Positions 38,454-48,840 of a stretch of 64,000 nucleotides of DNA are shown here, piece by piece. Numbering within the stretch: the first letter of the stretch is position 1; each line of letters opens with the position of its first letter. The stretch lies in NCBI GenBank assembly GCA_963706955.1, contig CAVPOC010000001.1:160001-224000 (forward strand). Direction: 5' to 3'. A program made the position numbers and the translations under genes. Source of the DNA: an uncultured Verrucomicrobiae bacterium. GTDB lineage: Bacteria > Verrucomicrobiota > Verrucomicrobiia > Chthoniobacterales > Terrimicrobiaceae. The notes below the pieces were generated by a model that made no database searches, was not told where the DNA came from, and was given only the letters and a program-made list of their open reading frames with translations.

Positions 38454-40739
38454 ATGGAGAAGTCAAGCAATGTGCAGAGAATCGCGTTCCTGGCGGACTA
38501 CATTCCGCGGAGGTGCGGGATCGCCACGTTTACAGCGGATTTGCGAGAGGCGATCGCCACGCAGTACGAACGCTTGGAAAGCTTCATCGTGGCGATGACG
38601 GATCGGTCGGAGGGATACGACTATCCGGCCGAGGTTCGATTTGAAATTTCTGAACAGGATATTTCCGCATACCGACGGGCGGCCGATTTCTTGAACCTTT
38701 CCAACGTCGATGTGCTCTGTCTTCAGCACGAGTTTGGGATCTTTGGGGGGCCCAGTGGCCGCCATATTGTGACTCTGCTGAGAAACTTGCGGATGCCCAT
38801 CGTTACCACTCTGCATACGATCTTGCACGAGAGCAGCCCAGAACAGAAACGGACGCTCCAGGAGGTCATTGGACTCTCGACCCGGGTGATCGCGATGACC
38901 GCAAAGGGAGCCGAGTTTCTCCGCGAGATCTATGGGACGCCTGCCGAGAAGATCGATCTCATTCCGCATGGCATCCCAGATGTGCCCTTTATCGATCCGA
39001 ACTACTACAAAGACAAATTCGGCGTGGAAGGACGTCCCGTCATGCTGACGTTTGGCCTGCTTTCTCCGAATAAGGGGATCGAAAACGTTCTCAACGCGCT
39101 GCCGGCGATCATCCGCGAATTCCCGGAGATTGTTTACATTGTTCTGGGAGCTACGCACCCGAACCTCCTGGCCGGACAGGGTGAGACATATCGCCTGAGT
39201 CTCGAACGGCTTGCCAAGCGCAACGGGCTGGAGAAAAACGTGATCTTTTTCAACCGCTTCGTGGATAACGCGGAGCTGGTCGAATTTCTCGGAGCGACTG
39301 ATATCTACATTACGCCTTATCTGGAGAAATCCCAGATCACGAGCGGCACCTTGGCCTACAGCTTTGGCACAGGCAAGGCGGTGATCTCAACGCCTTATTG
39401 GCACGCCGAGGAGCTACTCGCCGACGGGCGCGGGGTGATTGTTCCATTCGGCGACAGTCAGGCTATCGCGACGGCGGTTTGCGATCTTTTGCAAAACGAG
39501 GCGACGCGGCATGCGATGCGCAAATCTGCGTATCTGATTGGACGAGCCATGACTTGGCCGACCGTGGCCCATGACTATGTGCGAAGCTTCGAGCGCGCAC
39601 GGGTGGAACATTCGGCCATGGCCGTCAAACGGATTGTTCCGGCCACCTTGGACCGCGAAGCGGCGCTTCCCGTTTGGCGGCTCGATCATCTCATGTGCCT
39701 GACCGATGACACGGGAATGCTACAACACGCCGTCTATACGCTTCCCAACTACGAACACGGCTACTGCACCGACGACAACGCGCGCGCCCTTATTCTCATG
39801 ATGCTGCTCGAGGAACTCGAAGAATGCTTTCCCGAAAGGACGCGACTGAGCAGCATCTATGCAGCTTTTCTTCACAGTGCCTTTGACCGGACGAATGGTC
39901 GGTTCCGCAATTTCATGTTGCATAACCGGGAGTGGGTGTCCGAAATCGGATCCGAGGACAGCCACGGACGAGCTCTGTGGGCTTTGGGAACATGCGTGGG
40001 ACGCTCACAGCGAGAGGGATACCGCTCGTGGGCCGCAGAGCTTTTCGGAAAGGCCTTGCCCGCGGTGTGGGAGTTTGAGTCTCCGCGATCATGGGCCTTC
40101 GCGGTCATCGGGCTGCACGAATATCTTCGGACTCTGAGCGGCGATCTGATGGCCAATCAGTTTCGCTTCGAGCTCGCTCGACGTTTGCGCGCCGCCTACG
40201 ACAAGACTGCTCACTACGACTGGCTTTGGTTCGAAGACGTCGTCAGTTACGACAACGCCCGTCTTCCACTTGCCTTGATCATGACAGGGCGTTGGGCCGG
40301 GCAGCCTGATCTCTTTGACATCGGTCTCAAATCCCTCGGTTGGCTGATTGAGCACCAGCTCGCGCCGGAAGGACACTTTCGGCCGATTGGTTCCAATGGC
40401 TTTTGGAAGCGCGGCGAACCGCCCGCCGCGTTCGACCAGCAACCTGTCGAGGCACATGCCACCATTTGCGCGTGCATGGAGGCTCACGAGGCTACCGGCG
40501 ACGCCTACTGGCTGGCTCAGGCGACGAAGGCTTTTGAATGGTTTCAAGGCGGAAACGATCTGGGGGTTGCGCTTTACGATGCGCAGACGGGCGGTTGCCG
40601 CGACGGGTTGCATATTGATCGCGCAAATCAAAATCAGGGCGCGGAATCCACGCTGGCCTTTCTCCTCTCTCTTGCTGAAATGCACCGGGCACAGAACACC
40701 ATCGCCGCTTTGGATCAACAGGCTACTATTGCCTCCTGA
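38454..40739 (+). CDS. GT4 glycosyltransferase fused to a six-hairpin glycosidase-like domain
   Basis: PRRCGIATF, QHEFGIFGG, QITSGTL; then TDDNARA, YDNARL, FDQQP, NQGAESTL. Confidence 0.88.
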   Translation: MEKSSNVQRIAFLADYIPRRCGIATFTADLREAIATQYERLESFIVAMTDRSEGYDYPAEVRFEISEQDISAYRRAADFLNLSNVDVLCLQHEFGIFGGPSGRHIVTLLRNLRMPIVTTLHTILHESSPEQKRTLQEVIGLSTRVIAMTAKGAEFLREIYGTPAEKIDLIPHGIPDVPFIDPNYYKDKFGVEGRPVMLTFGLLSPNKGIENVLNALPAIIREFPEIVYIVLGATHPNLLAGQGETYRLSLERLAKRNGLEKNVIFFNRFVDNAELVEFLGATDIYITPYLEKSQITSGTLAYSFGTGKAVISTPYWHAEELLADGRGVIVPFGDSQAIATAVCDLLQNEATRHAMRKSAYLIGRAMTWPTVAHDYVRSFERARVEHSAMAVKRIVPATLDREAALPVWRLDHLMCLTDDTGMLQHAVYTLPNYEHGYCTDDNARALILMMLLEELEECFPERTRLSSIYAAFLHSAFDRTNGRFRNFMLHNREWVSEIGSEDSHGRALWALGTCVGRSQREGYRSWAAELFGKALPAVWEFESPRSWAFAVIGLHEYLRTLSGDLMANQFRFELARRLRAAYDKTAHYDWLWFEDVVSYDNARLPLALIMTGRWAGQPDLFDIGLKSLGWLIEHQLAPEGHFRPIGSNGFWKRGEPPAAFDQQPVEAHATICACMEAHEATGDAYWLAQATKAFEWFQGGNDLGVALYDAQTGGCRDGLHIDRANQNQGAESTLAFLLSLAEMHRAQNTIAALDQQATIAS

Positions 40740-40754
40740 CTCGCCGAGCTCGAC

Positions 40755-41200
40755 TCAGTGTTCGTAGTTCGCGGGATTGCCCGTTTCCGCATGAGGAGCG
40801 ATCCAGACCTGGAAGCTACCCGGGTCGACCTGCCAATCTCCGTCTCGACCGAAAAATCCGAGGACTTCATCGGTGAGCGCGAAGCGGACTTCACGCCTTT
40901 CTCGCGGTTGTAGTGTTATCCGTTGAAATCCTCGGAGCTCCTGCTGTGGTCGAGCTCCTTCGGAGCACACCATATCACGAATGTAGAGCTGGACGACTTC
41001 CTCACCGTCGCGAGTGCCTGTGTTTGTAGCGCGCGCTGATGCGATCACCGGTTGCCCGGTTTGAGCTCGACCGGTCCAAAGGCGAAAGACGTGTAGGTCA
41101 ACCCAAAGCCAAAGGGAAAAAGAGGCGCGCTCGTTAGATCACGATAGTTCGTCACCCACGGTTTCCCGGTCCGATATCGAGTGTAATAAGGACCATCCCT
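40755..41200 (-). pseudogene. C-terminal remnant of a GH3 beta-glucosidase (BglX-like)
   Basis: PLFPFGFGLTYTSF, frameshift near 41046, then NTGTRDGEEVVQLYIRD...ELRGFQRI; no catalytic N-terminus. Confidence 0.8.
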
Positions 41201-41276
41201 GGGGACCTGCAAAGATGAGGAGAGGATTGCTGCTGGCGGTCGACTGATTTCCGGATATCCTCGGCTCCTCGCGATA

Positions 41277-42494
41277 ATGTCCACCAGCGCAGCGCTTCCA
41301 TCGCTAGCCTTGATACAACGTTTGGAGAGTTCCGTCTCACAACTTGAGTCGGAAGTTCTCAAGTTCCGACGCCACTTACATGCTTCTCCGGAGCTGAGTG
41401 GCAATGAGTATCGAACGACCGCGTTTGTCGCCGAGCACCTCGCAGCCGCAGGCATTGCCTATAGGTTGGGGCCGGATGGCCGAGGAATTATCACGGAAAT
41501 TTCCGGCAACTCGGCGAGGGACGTTCCGGTTGTCGCCTTTCGCGCCGATCTCGACGCGCTGCCCATTCTGGAGGAGAACGACGTCCCTTACCGCTCGCGT
41601 AACACAGGGGTGATGCACGCCTGTGGCCATGATGCCCATACCGCGATTTTGTTAGGAACTCTGCTCGCATTGAAATCCGCCGGCTCGGCTCCCGTGTGCT
41701 GGCGGGGGATCTTTCAACCTTCGGAGGAGGTCGGTCATGGTGCACGGGAAATGATTGCGCACGGCGCCCTCGATGACGTTTCCGCCATCGTCGCACTCCA
41801 TGTGGATCCCACAACCGCCGCGGGCGAGCTTGGATTGACAGCCGGTCCTCAAACCGCTTTCTGTCAGGATTTCGCGATCGAAGTTCGCGGCCGCGGCGGT
41901 CATGGTGCACGTCCCCACGATACCGTCGATTCGATCGCGATGGCGGCGCATCTGGTAGGCTTGATTTACCAGGCGACTCCGCGCCAGACCGACGCGCGCG
42001 ATCCACTGGTGATAACGATCGGGCAGATCGAAGGAGGGCATGCCTCCAACGTGATCCCTGACAAAGTCGGACTCAAGGGGACGATTCGCGCGTTGGATGC
42101 GACAGTTTTGCATCGAGCACGAGAACTGATTGAGAGATTCTCGCGCGCCAGCGCGGAAGCCTTCGGCGGCACCATCACGGTTACATTCGATCCACCACTA
42201 CCCGGGGTTGTCAATGATCCGGAAATCACGGCCGTTTGTCTTCAAGCGGCTCGCGCGGTGGTCGGCGAAGAGCACGTCGTCACCGCCGGTCGCCCCAGTA
42301 TGGGCGCCGAAGATTTCGCCGACTACTTATCCGCGGTTCCCGGCTGCATGGTTCGGCTTGGCGTCGCCCGAGAAGGAAAAAAAAAGACGCTCTTGCATAC
42401 CTCGAGATTCGATATCGATGAACGCGCCCTGCTAGTTGGTGTGCGCCTCCTGACAAGGGTGCTCTCACATTGGCCAGTCGCGCGGATGACCTGA
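41277..42494 (+). CDS. M20D amidohydrolase
   Basis: PELSGNE, RADLDALP, MHACGHDAH, FQPSEE, AEDF, LHT motifs. Confidence 0.92.
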   Translation: MSTSAALPSLALIQRLESSVSQLESEVLKFRRHLHASPELSGNEYRTTAFVAEHLAAAGIAYRLGPDGRGIITEISGNSARDVPVVAFRADLDALPILEENDVPYRSRNTGVMHACGHDAHTAILLGTLLALKSAGSAPVCWRGIFQPSEEVGHGAREMIAHGALDDVSAIVALHVDPTTAAGELGLTAGPQTAFCQDFAIEVRGRGGHGARPHDTVDSIAMAAHLVGLIYQATPRQTDARDPLVITIGQIEGGHASNVIPDKVGLKGTIRALDATVLHRARELIERFSRASAEAFGGTITVTFDPPLPGVVNDPEITAVCLQAARAVVGEEHVVTAGRPSMGAEDFADYLSAVPGCMVRLGVAREGKKKTLLHTSRFDIDERALLVGVRLLTRVLSHWPVARMT

Positions 42495-42502
42495 TTCTCG
42501 TA

Positions 42503-43384
42503 ATGCTTATCTCTTTCGGATTCGACATCGCGCTTCGTCTCGAATCCGAGGCGACCGTGCTTTTCTACCTCAAGCTGCATCCCTCGCGCTTTCACGATCT
42601 CGTTAGCCCGGAGCAATTTGAGATCCAACCCAAGTATCACTTCGACGAGTTTCTAGACAACAATGGAAACCGTTGTGGTCGAGTTCATGGTAAGCCAGGA
42701 ACGATCCGCTTCACCAATCGAGGAATAATCCGCGACAGTGGTGAGCTGGACCCCGTCGTTCCACACGCCCGGCAGGAAGAGATCTTCAAACTGCCAGAGG
42801 ACGCCATGGTCTACTTGCTGCCGAGCCGCTATTGTGAATCGGATAGCGAACTTGCGGGCTTCGCCTGGGAGAAGTTTGGCTCAACGCCAGCCGGCTGGGA
42901 GCGTGTGCAGTCGATTTGCGACTTCGTCCATCAAAATGTCGAGTTCGACTATAGCAAGGCGAGATCAAATCGCACGGCGCTGGAGACCTTTCGCGAGCGC
43001 GTGGGTGTGTGTCGGGACTTTACCCATCTTGCCATCACGCTTTGCCGCTGTTTGAACATTCCCGCTCGCTATGTCAACGGCTACCTCGGCGACATCGGTG
43101 TTCCTCCGGCGCCGGATCCGATGGACTTTAGCGCCTGGATGGAGGTTTACCTCAACGGTCGGTGGTTTTCTTTCGATCCTCGCCACAATTGCAGAAGGAT
43201 CGGGCGCACCGTTATTGCTCGGGGTCGTGACGCCTGCGATGTGCCACTGACGATTTCCTTTGGCCAACATACGCTGGAAGCATTCTCCGTTGTGACGGAG
43301 GAGGTATCGGAAGAGCTCGCCTCTCAAAGCTCGCTGAACGTGCCCCGAGCCTCAGATCCTGAACGTATGGAAGTTGCCTCCTGA
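42503..43384 (+). CDS. Transglutaminase-like protein
   Basis: LLPSRYC, GVCRDFTH, PARYVNGYLGD, GRDACDV motifs. Confidence 0.9.
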   Translation: MLISFGFDIALRLESEATVLFYLKLHPSRFHDLVSPEQFEIQPKYHFDEFLDNNGNRCGRVHGKPGTIRFTNRGIIRDSGELDPVVPHARQEEIFKLPEDAMVYLLPSRYCESDSELAGFAWEKFGSTPAGWERVQSICDFVHQNVEFDYSKARSNRTALETFRERVGVCRDFTHLAITLCRCLNIPARYVNGYLGDIGVPPAPDPMDFSAWMEVYLNGRWFSFDPRHNCRRIGRTVIARGRDACDVPLTISFGQHTLEAFSVVTEEVSEELASQSSLNVPRASDPERMEVAS

Positions 43385-43389
43385 CGGAG

Positions 43390-43833
43390 TCAGGTTTCCG
43401 GAGTTTGCTTCGGCGGTTTTTCTCGTTTCGGCCTGGCGGGTTTGCGCCGTTTCAGCTCGCCTCGTGCCTGCGCGGCAAGCTGCTCGTAGTCGGCCCGAAT
43501 TCGATCCAGCTCGCTCTCCTCAAGATCCTCGAGATCAAGCAGGGCGTTGTGCGCGGTCTTATTCGAGCGAATGAGTTCGTCAAGCTTGACATGCATTGCC
43601 TCCGCGTCGCGATTTTGCGTGTTCTGAATAAGAAAAACCATCAGGAAGGTGATAATGGTGGTCCCCGTATTTATGATGAGCTGCCAGGTATCGCTGAAAT
43701 CGAAGAGCGGTCCTGATATCGCCCAGAGAACCAATGTTGCAAAAGCGATGGTAAATGCAGCGGGCCGCCCGACCGCCCGTGAGGCCCATTTAGCGAATCG
43801 GGTGAAAGAGAAAGGATTCTTTGTCACGCTCAT
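43390..43833 (-). CDS. Low-affinity iron permease family protein
   Basis: WQLIINTGTTIITFLMVFLIQNTQNRD...KLDEL signature. Confidence 0.92.
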   Translation of the reverse strand: MSVTKNPFSFTRFAKWASRAVGRPAAFTIAFATLVLWAISGPLFDFSDTWQLIINTGTTIITFLMVFLIQNTQNRDAEAMHVKLDELIRSNKTAHNALLDLEDLEESELDRIRADYEQLAAQARGELKRRKPARPKREKPPKQTPET

Positions 43834-44009
43834 AACGATATATTGGAGGGAACATCGCGGAATCGAACCTGCAATCAAGACTGCGTGTTTCTTGGAGGTG
43901 ATAACCATCGCCTGCCCGGAGCTGCGCCCTTTTTTTTGCCCGGCACGAAGAAAGCGCGGCCGAAAAGTTCTTTACGCTCGGCGCCTCTGCGCCATACGAT
44001 CCCGTCCGT

Positions 44010-44432
44010 ATGAAGCGCAAAGGATCTGCTGTTTGGAGAGGTGGTATAAAGACTGGGGAAGGAACTGTGTCAACGGAGAGCGGAGTGCTTTCCAACGTGG
44101 GTTATTCCTTCGCAAAACGATTCGGCGACGAACCCGGCACCAACCCGGAAGAATTGATCGGCGCCGCTCATGCCGGCTGTTTCTCCATGGCCTTTTCCGG
44201 GCAACTCGGTGCGGCTGGTTTCGAGGCCGAGAAGATCGAAACCACCGCCACGGTCACTGTTGAGCCAGTCGAGGGAGGCTTTGCCATCACCAAGGTGCAC
44301 CTCGATGTCCAAGCGACCGTCCCAAACCTCGACGAAAGCAAGTTCCAGGAAATCGCCAAGCAGGCCAAGGAAGGATGTCCAGTTTCCAAGTTGCTCAAGG
44401 CTGACATCACCATTGACGCCAAGCTTGCCTGA
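44010..44432 (+). CDS. osmC: OsmC peroxiredoxin
   Basis: GTNPEELIGAAHAGCFSM and CPVSK motifs. Confidence 0.95.
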   Translation: MKRKGSAVWRGGIKTGEGTVSTESGVLSNVGYSFAKRFGDEPGTNPEELIGAAHAGCFSMAFSGQLGAAGFEAEKIETTATVTVEPVEGGFAITKVHLDVQATVPNLDESKFQEIAKQAKEGCPVSKLLKADITIDAKLA

Positions 44433-44449
44433 CAAAGGGCGCAGCTGTC

Positions 44450-44632
44450 GTGAAAGAGCCATCGAATTCTAAGAATACGGTGGATCCGGCGATCCCCGCA
44501 GGCAAGGCAGCCGGCAACCTCAGCGAAAATCAAAAGAGAGCTTTGGAACTGGCTGAGCGCGCGGAGCACGCGATCGGCCGCAAGCGGGAAGCCCTGCAGA
44601 AGGAAGCGCGCCGAAAAGCCGAGGACGGCTGA
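44450..44632 (+). CDS. Small charged hypothetical protein
   Basis: Fills the osmC-DUF72 gap on the same strand; helical and charged; no recognised motif. Confidence 0.4.
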   Translation: MKEPSNSKNTVDPAIPAGKAAGNLSENQKRALELAERAEHAIGRKREALQKEARRKAEDG

Positions 44633-44693
44633 CGCATGGGCTCCGATCACCAGGAGCAATCCCGATCGGCGATCTTCTTTGGGTAAGTTCGGG

Positions 44694-45596
44694 GTGAGGT
44701 CGAGAATCCGCGTCGGAATCTCCGGCTGGAGGTATTCCGGCTGGCGTGGTCGGTTCTACCCGAACGGACTGGCCCAGAAGCGCGAACTCGAGTATGCATC
44801 CCGACAGGTCAACTCGATCGAGATCAACGGGTCCTTCTATTCTCTGCAGAGACCGGAGAATTACCATGCCTGGCACGAAGCGACTCCCGCGGATTTTGTT
44901 TTTTCCGTCAAGGCGAGCCGATTTCTCACGCACATGAGGCGGCTGAAGGACGCGGACACGGCGCTGGCAAACTTTCTCGCCTCTGGGATCTTGCGCCTGC
45001 GCGAAAAGCTCGGTCCGATCTTGTGGCAATTGCCTCCAAATTTTGCCTACGACCGCGCGCGCCTGGAATCTTTTTTCCGATTGCTCCCGCGGACCACGAC
45101 GGCAGCGGCTGGCCTCGCGTGCCAGCACGATGCAAAGGTGGCGGGGCGGGCGTGGACAAAGGCAGAGTCCGTGTGTCCATTGCGTCACGCCTTGGAAGTG
45201 CGTCATCCCTCTTTCGAGAATCGCGATTTCATTACGCTTTTGCGCGAACAGAATATCGCCCTGGTCGTGGCAGATACGGCTGGGAAATGGCCGTTTTTTG
45301 AGGACGCGACTAGCGACTTTGTTTACGTGCGCTTGCATGGAGACACAGAGCTGTACGTCAGTGGCTATACGCCCTCTGCGCTGGAGAGTTGGGCGAGGAA
45401 GGTCCGCAGCTGGGCGGCTGGGCGAACTCCCGCCGGCGCCAAGCTAGTTGCGCCGCGACCGCACCCTCAATCACGAGGGCGCGATGTCTTTGTTTACTTT
45501 GACAACGATGCCAAAGTCCACGCTCCTTTCGACGCGATATCGCTTATGCGTCGATTATGCATAGGGTCGCCGGGCTCCGGCGGAACAGAGTTATAG
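44694..45596 (+). CDS. DUF72 family protein
   Basis: GISGWRY, EINGSFY, LWQLPP, YVRLHG, YFDND motifs. Confidence 0.92.
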   Translation: MRSRIRVGISGWRYSGWRGRFYPNGLAQKRELEYASRQVNSIEINGSFYSLQRPENYHAWHEATPADFVFSVKASRFLTHMRRLKDADTALANFLASGILRLREKLGPILWQLPPNFAYDRARLESFFRLLPRTTTAAAGLACQHDAKVAGRAWTKAESVCPLRHALEVRHPSFENRDFITLLREQNIALVVADTAGKWPFFEDATSDFVYVRLHGDTELYVSGYTPSALESWARKVRSWAAGRTPAGAKLVAPRPHPQSRGRDVFVYFDNDAKVHAPFDAISLMRRLCIGSPGSGGTEL

Positions 45597-46021
45597 AGGT
45601 TCTACGTCAAGTCGATCTGGCAGACTGCTCCGCCAAGTTGGTAATCGAGAACGCATCTTCGCTTAGTCTTTCGGCTGGCGGCGCAGCGCCAATTTCGCCG
45701 CAGTCGCGTCTCATCGACGAATCCGGTCCTGCCGGCCCCTCCCGTAACGAATTCTGCGAGCTAAGCCATTTGCTCACGCAGAATTTGGATACATTTCCTA
45801 TCGGGTGTTCGCCGAGCCAAGCCGGCGCAGTGGTTGCACGCGCTCGCTAATGTAAACGGCCGTCGGGTGGCCGTTCTTTCACCCGGCAGCCTCGCCGGTT
45901 CGGGCCCAATTCGAAGCACGTGCTCAAGTCGCACTGAGAAGATCGGGTAGACAAATATAACCCCTGGATGAATCCGCCGCTGCCTTAAGGGCGTAGAGAC
46001 CATCAGACAGGTTTTCGTTAT

Positions 46022-47563
46022 ATGAGTGCTTCCGTCGTTGTCATCGGCGCCGGTCCTGGGGGCTTGGCGGCTGCGATTTTGCTGGCCAATGCCGGGCTGC
46101 GGGTGAAGGTGATTGAGCGGCTTAGTGTGGTGGGCGGACGCACCTCCGCGATTTCCGCTGGCGGATTCAAGTTCGATTTGGGCCCGACTTTTTTTCTTTT
46201 TCCGCGCGTCTTGGAGGAGATCTTTGCCGCGGCTGGAGCGAGTTTGCGGAGCGAGGTGGAGATGGTGCGGTTGGATCCGCAGTATCGGATCGTTTTTGGT
46301 CAAGGCGGAGAGCTGGATGCGACCGCAGAGGTTTCGCAGATGGAGGCTCAGATTGCGCAGCTGAGTCTAGAGGACGCGGGCGGGTTTCGGCGCTTCCTCG
46401 ACGAGAATCGTGTCAAGCTTCGGCGGATGCAGCCATGTTTGGAGTCTCCATTCCTTGGTTGGCGCGACATTTTCAACGTCCGGCTCTTAAAGATGCTGCC
46501 GATGCTGCGGCCTCATCAGTCGATAGACACCTATCTGAAGCGGTTCTTTCGTGATCCGCGCATTCGTCTGGCTTTCTCGTTTCAGTCGAAGTATCTGGGC
46601 ATGTCGCCGTTTCGGTGCCCGAGTCTCTTCTCCATTCTTTCATTCATTGAGTACGAGTATGGAGTTTTCCACCCGATCGGAGGCTGCTCGGCGATAACCG
46701 CGGCCATGGCGAGGCTCGCCAGGCGCCTTGGCGTCGAGATCCGGCTTGGTGAACCGGTCGAGGAAATTGTTGTCCGAGGGCGGCGCGCTATCGGCGTACG
46801 CACCGCTGCGGGTGTAGAGTTGGCGAGCGCGATTGTCTTAAATGCTGACTTTGCTCGGGCGATGTCCCGCTTGGTTCCGGATCGTGTGCGTCGTCGCTGG
46901 ACGAATCGCAAGATCGACGGGAAGAAGTTCTCGTGCTCGACGTTCATGATGTATCTGGGCATCGAGGGCTGTTTCGATCTTCCGCATCACAATATTCACA
47001 TCGCGAGGGATTATGCGCGCAACCTCGATGAGATTGAGAACCGGCATGTTCTCTCTGAGGACCCTTCCTTCTATGTGCAGAATGCCAGCGTGACCGATCC
47101 AACCCTGTCCCCACGTGGCATGAGCACTCTTTACGTGCTCGCTCCGGTAACCCACCAACATCCAAATGTAAATTGGTTGCGGGAACATGGCCGTTTTCGA
47201 GCCCTGATGCTCCGGCAAATTGCCAAGGCGGGATTTACTGACGTCGAGCGGCGCATCCGTTTTGAGCGACTGATCACGCCTGCCGACTGGGATAGCCGAT
47301 ACGAGATCCATCGCGGAGCGACATTCAACCTCGCACACAGCCTTGGTCAGATGCTGCATCTGCGCCCGCGCAATCGTTTCGAAGACCTGGACGGTGTCTA
47401 CCTTGTCGGAGGGGGCACGCATCCCGGGAGCGGTCTTCCGGTGATCTTCGAGTCGGCGCGGATAAGCTCGCGCTTGCTCCTCGCAGATCTCGGCCTGGCC
47501 TCAGCCGGGTGCTTTGCGCCCGCTCGCCAGCCGGTTGCTGAAACGCTTCAGATGGCTCAATGA
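46022..47563 (+). CDS. Carotenoid desaturase, CrtN/CrtI-like
   Basis: IGAGPGG, FDLGPT, FQSKYLGMSP, GGGTHPGSGLP motifs. Confidence 0.9.
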   Translation: MSASVVVIGAGPGGLAAAILLANAGLRVKVIERLSVVGGRTSAISAGGFKFDLGPTFFLFPRVLEEIFAAAGASLRSEVEMVRLDPQYRIVFGQGGELDATAEVSQMEAQIAQLSLEDAGGFRRFLDENRVKLRRMQPCLESPFLGWRDIFNVRLLKMLPMLRPHQSIDTYLKRFFRDPRIRLAFSFQSKYLGMSPFRCPSLFSILSFIEYEYGVFHPIGGCSAITAAMARLARRLGVEIRLGEPVEEIVVRGRRAIGVRTAAGVELASAIVLNADFARAMSRLVPDRVRRRWTNRKIDGKKFSCSTFMMYLGIEGCFDLPHHNIHIARDYARNLDEIENRHVLSEDPSFYVQNASVTDPTLSPRGMSTLYVLAPVTHQHPNVNWLREHGRFRALMLRQIAKAGFTDVERRIRFERLITPADWDSRYEIHRGATFNLAHSLGQMLHLRPRNRFEDLDGVYLVGGGTHPGSGLPVIFESARISSRLLLADLGLASAGCFAPARQPVAETLQMAQ

Positions 47564-48840
47564 ATACTTGCGTAAGCCAAACCGTTGAAAAGCGGAATTT
47601 CGGCGTAGCTGAACGGGCGGCTCAAGAGAGGTGGGCGGCGTTGCCGGTCGCCCGCCGTCTAGACTTTGTTCGCCATCTCCGGCAACTGATCGCCGAAGAC
47701 CCCCAAGCTCTGGCGGGTGCTGCCTCTCGGGCGACGGGCCGTCCGGTTGCGGAGAAGCTCGTTTCCGAAGTCCTGCCGCTGGTGGACGCGTGTCGATGGC
47801 TCGAGCGTCGGGCAGAACGCGTTCTCTCTACCCGGGTTTGCGGACGAAGTGGGCGACCACTCTGGCTACATGGGGTGTCCTTCGAAGTCCAGCGAAAGCC
47901 TCTTGGCACCGTGCTTGTCATCGGCCCTGGAAATTACCCCCTCTTCCTTCCAGCAGTCCAAGCGCTCCACGCATTGACCGCTGGCAACGCCGTTCTTCTC
48001 AAACCAGCGGCGGGCATGTCCACGCTTGCGGCACGGTTTGCTGAGCTCGCCTGGTCGGCCGGCCTTGACCGAAAGCTACTCACCCTTCTTCCCGATAGTG
48101 TTGAAGCCGCTCAGCAAGCAATTGCGGACAAAGTGATCTTCACCGGGTCCTCGACAAATGGGCGTGACGTTCTCTCGCGACTCGCATGCACCAATACCCC
48201 CGCGGTGGTCGAGCTTTCCGGCGAAGATGTGGTTCTCGTTCTTGCGGACGCGGATCAGGAGTTGGTCATCCGAGCCTTGAAATTTGGTGTGCGCTTGAAT
48301 GCCGGTGCGAGCTGCATCGCACCGCGCAGAGTTATGGCGGTCGCGCCGCTCGCTGTCGATCTGTTCGCTCGGATGATAGACGAGGGGTTGGCCGACCTGG
48401 CTATGGAGGAGGCCGCTAACGACGAATCCGCCGTCACTCGGATCGCCGCGGGACCCTTCGGACTCGGCGTTTCCATCTTCTCACGCGACGTCTCGCGTGC
48501 CCGCTCTCTCGGGAGCCGGTTGGCCTGCGGCTTTGTTGTCGTGAACGATTTGATCGTGCCAACCGCAGACCCGCGCATGCCCTTCGGCGGGGTGAAGGCG
48601 AGTGGATTCGGAGTTACTCGCGGCGACGAAGGATTACTCGAGATGACCTATCCTCACGTCGTCGCGACGCGACGTGGCAAAATGCGGCCGCACTTCGACG
48701 AGCCTCACGAGGATGATGAACACCTCTTTTCCTCATATATCACGATGACCTACGGCCGACCGTCACTGCGTCTTACATCCCTGAGATCATTTATCAGGGC
48801 TGCGCTCCATCGAGAGAAATCAAGAAAGGCCAAGTCATGA
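47560..48840 (+). CDS. Aldehyde dehydrogenase (AldH-like), internally shortened
   Basis: GPGNYP, LKPA, FTGS, ELSG, NAGASC, PFGGVKASG motifs. Confidence 0.85.
   Translation: MNTCVSQTVEKRNFGVAERAAQERWAALPVARRLDFVRHLRQLIAEDPQALAGAASRATGRPVAEKLVSEVLPLVDACRWLERRAERVLSTRVCGRSGRPLWLHGVSFEVQRKPLGTVLVIGPGNYPLFLPAVQALHALTAGNAVLLKPAAGMSTLAARFAELAWSAGLDRKLLTLLPDSVEAAQQAIADKVIFTGSSTNGRDVLSRLACTNTPAVVELSGEDVVLVLADADQELVIRALKFGVRLNAGASCIAPRRVMAVAPLAVDLFARMIDEGLADLAMEEAANDESAVTRIAAGPFGLGVSIFSRDVSRARSLGSRLACGFVVVNDLIVPTADPRMPFGGVKASGFGVTRGDEGLLEMTYPHVVATRRGKMRPHFDEPHEDDEHLFSSYITMTYGRPSLRLTSLRSFIRAALHREKSRKAKS

Noticed and set aside
43120..43150. Transglutaminase DFSAW in place of DFHAW
   Set aside because: From recall this variant is common in the subfamily, so it is not treated as novel.
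45600..46021. CarH/LitR or PpsR operator upstream of the carotenoid operon
   Set aside because: A TAGACA hexamer is present, but no convincing 11-bp repeat array or TGT-N12-ACA site.
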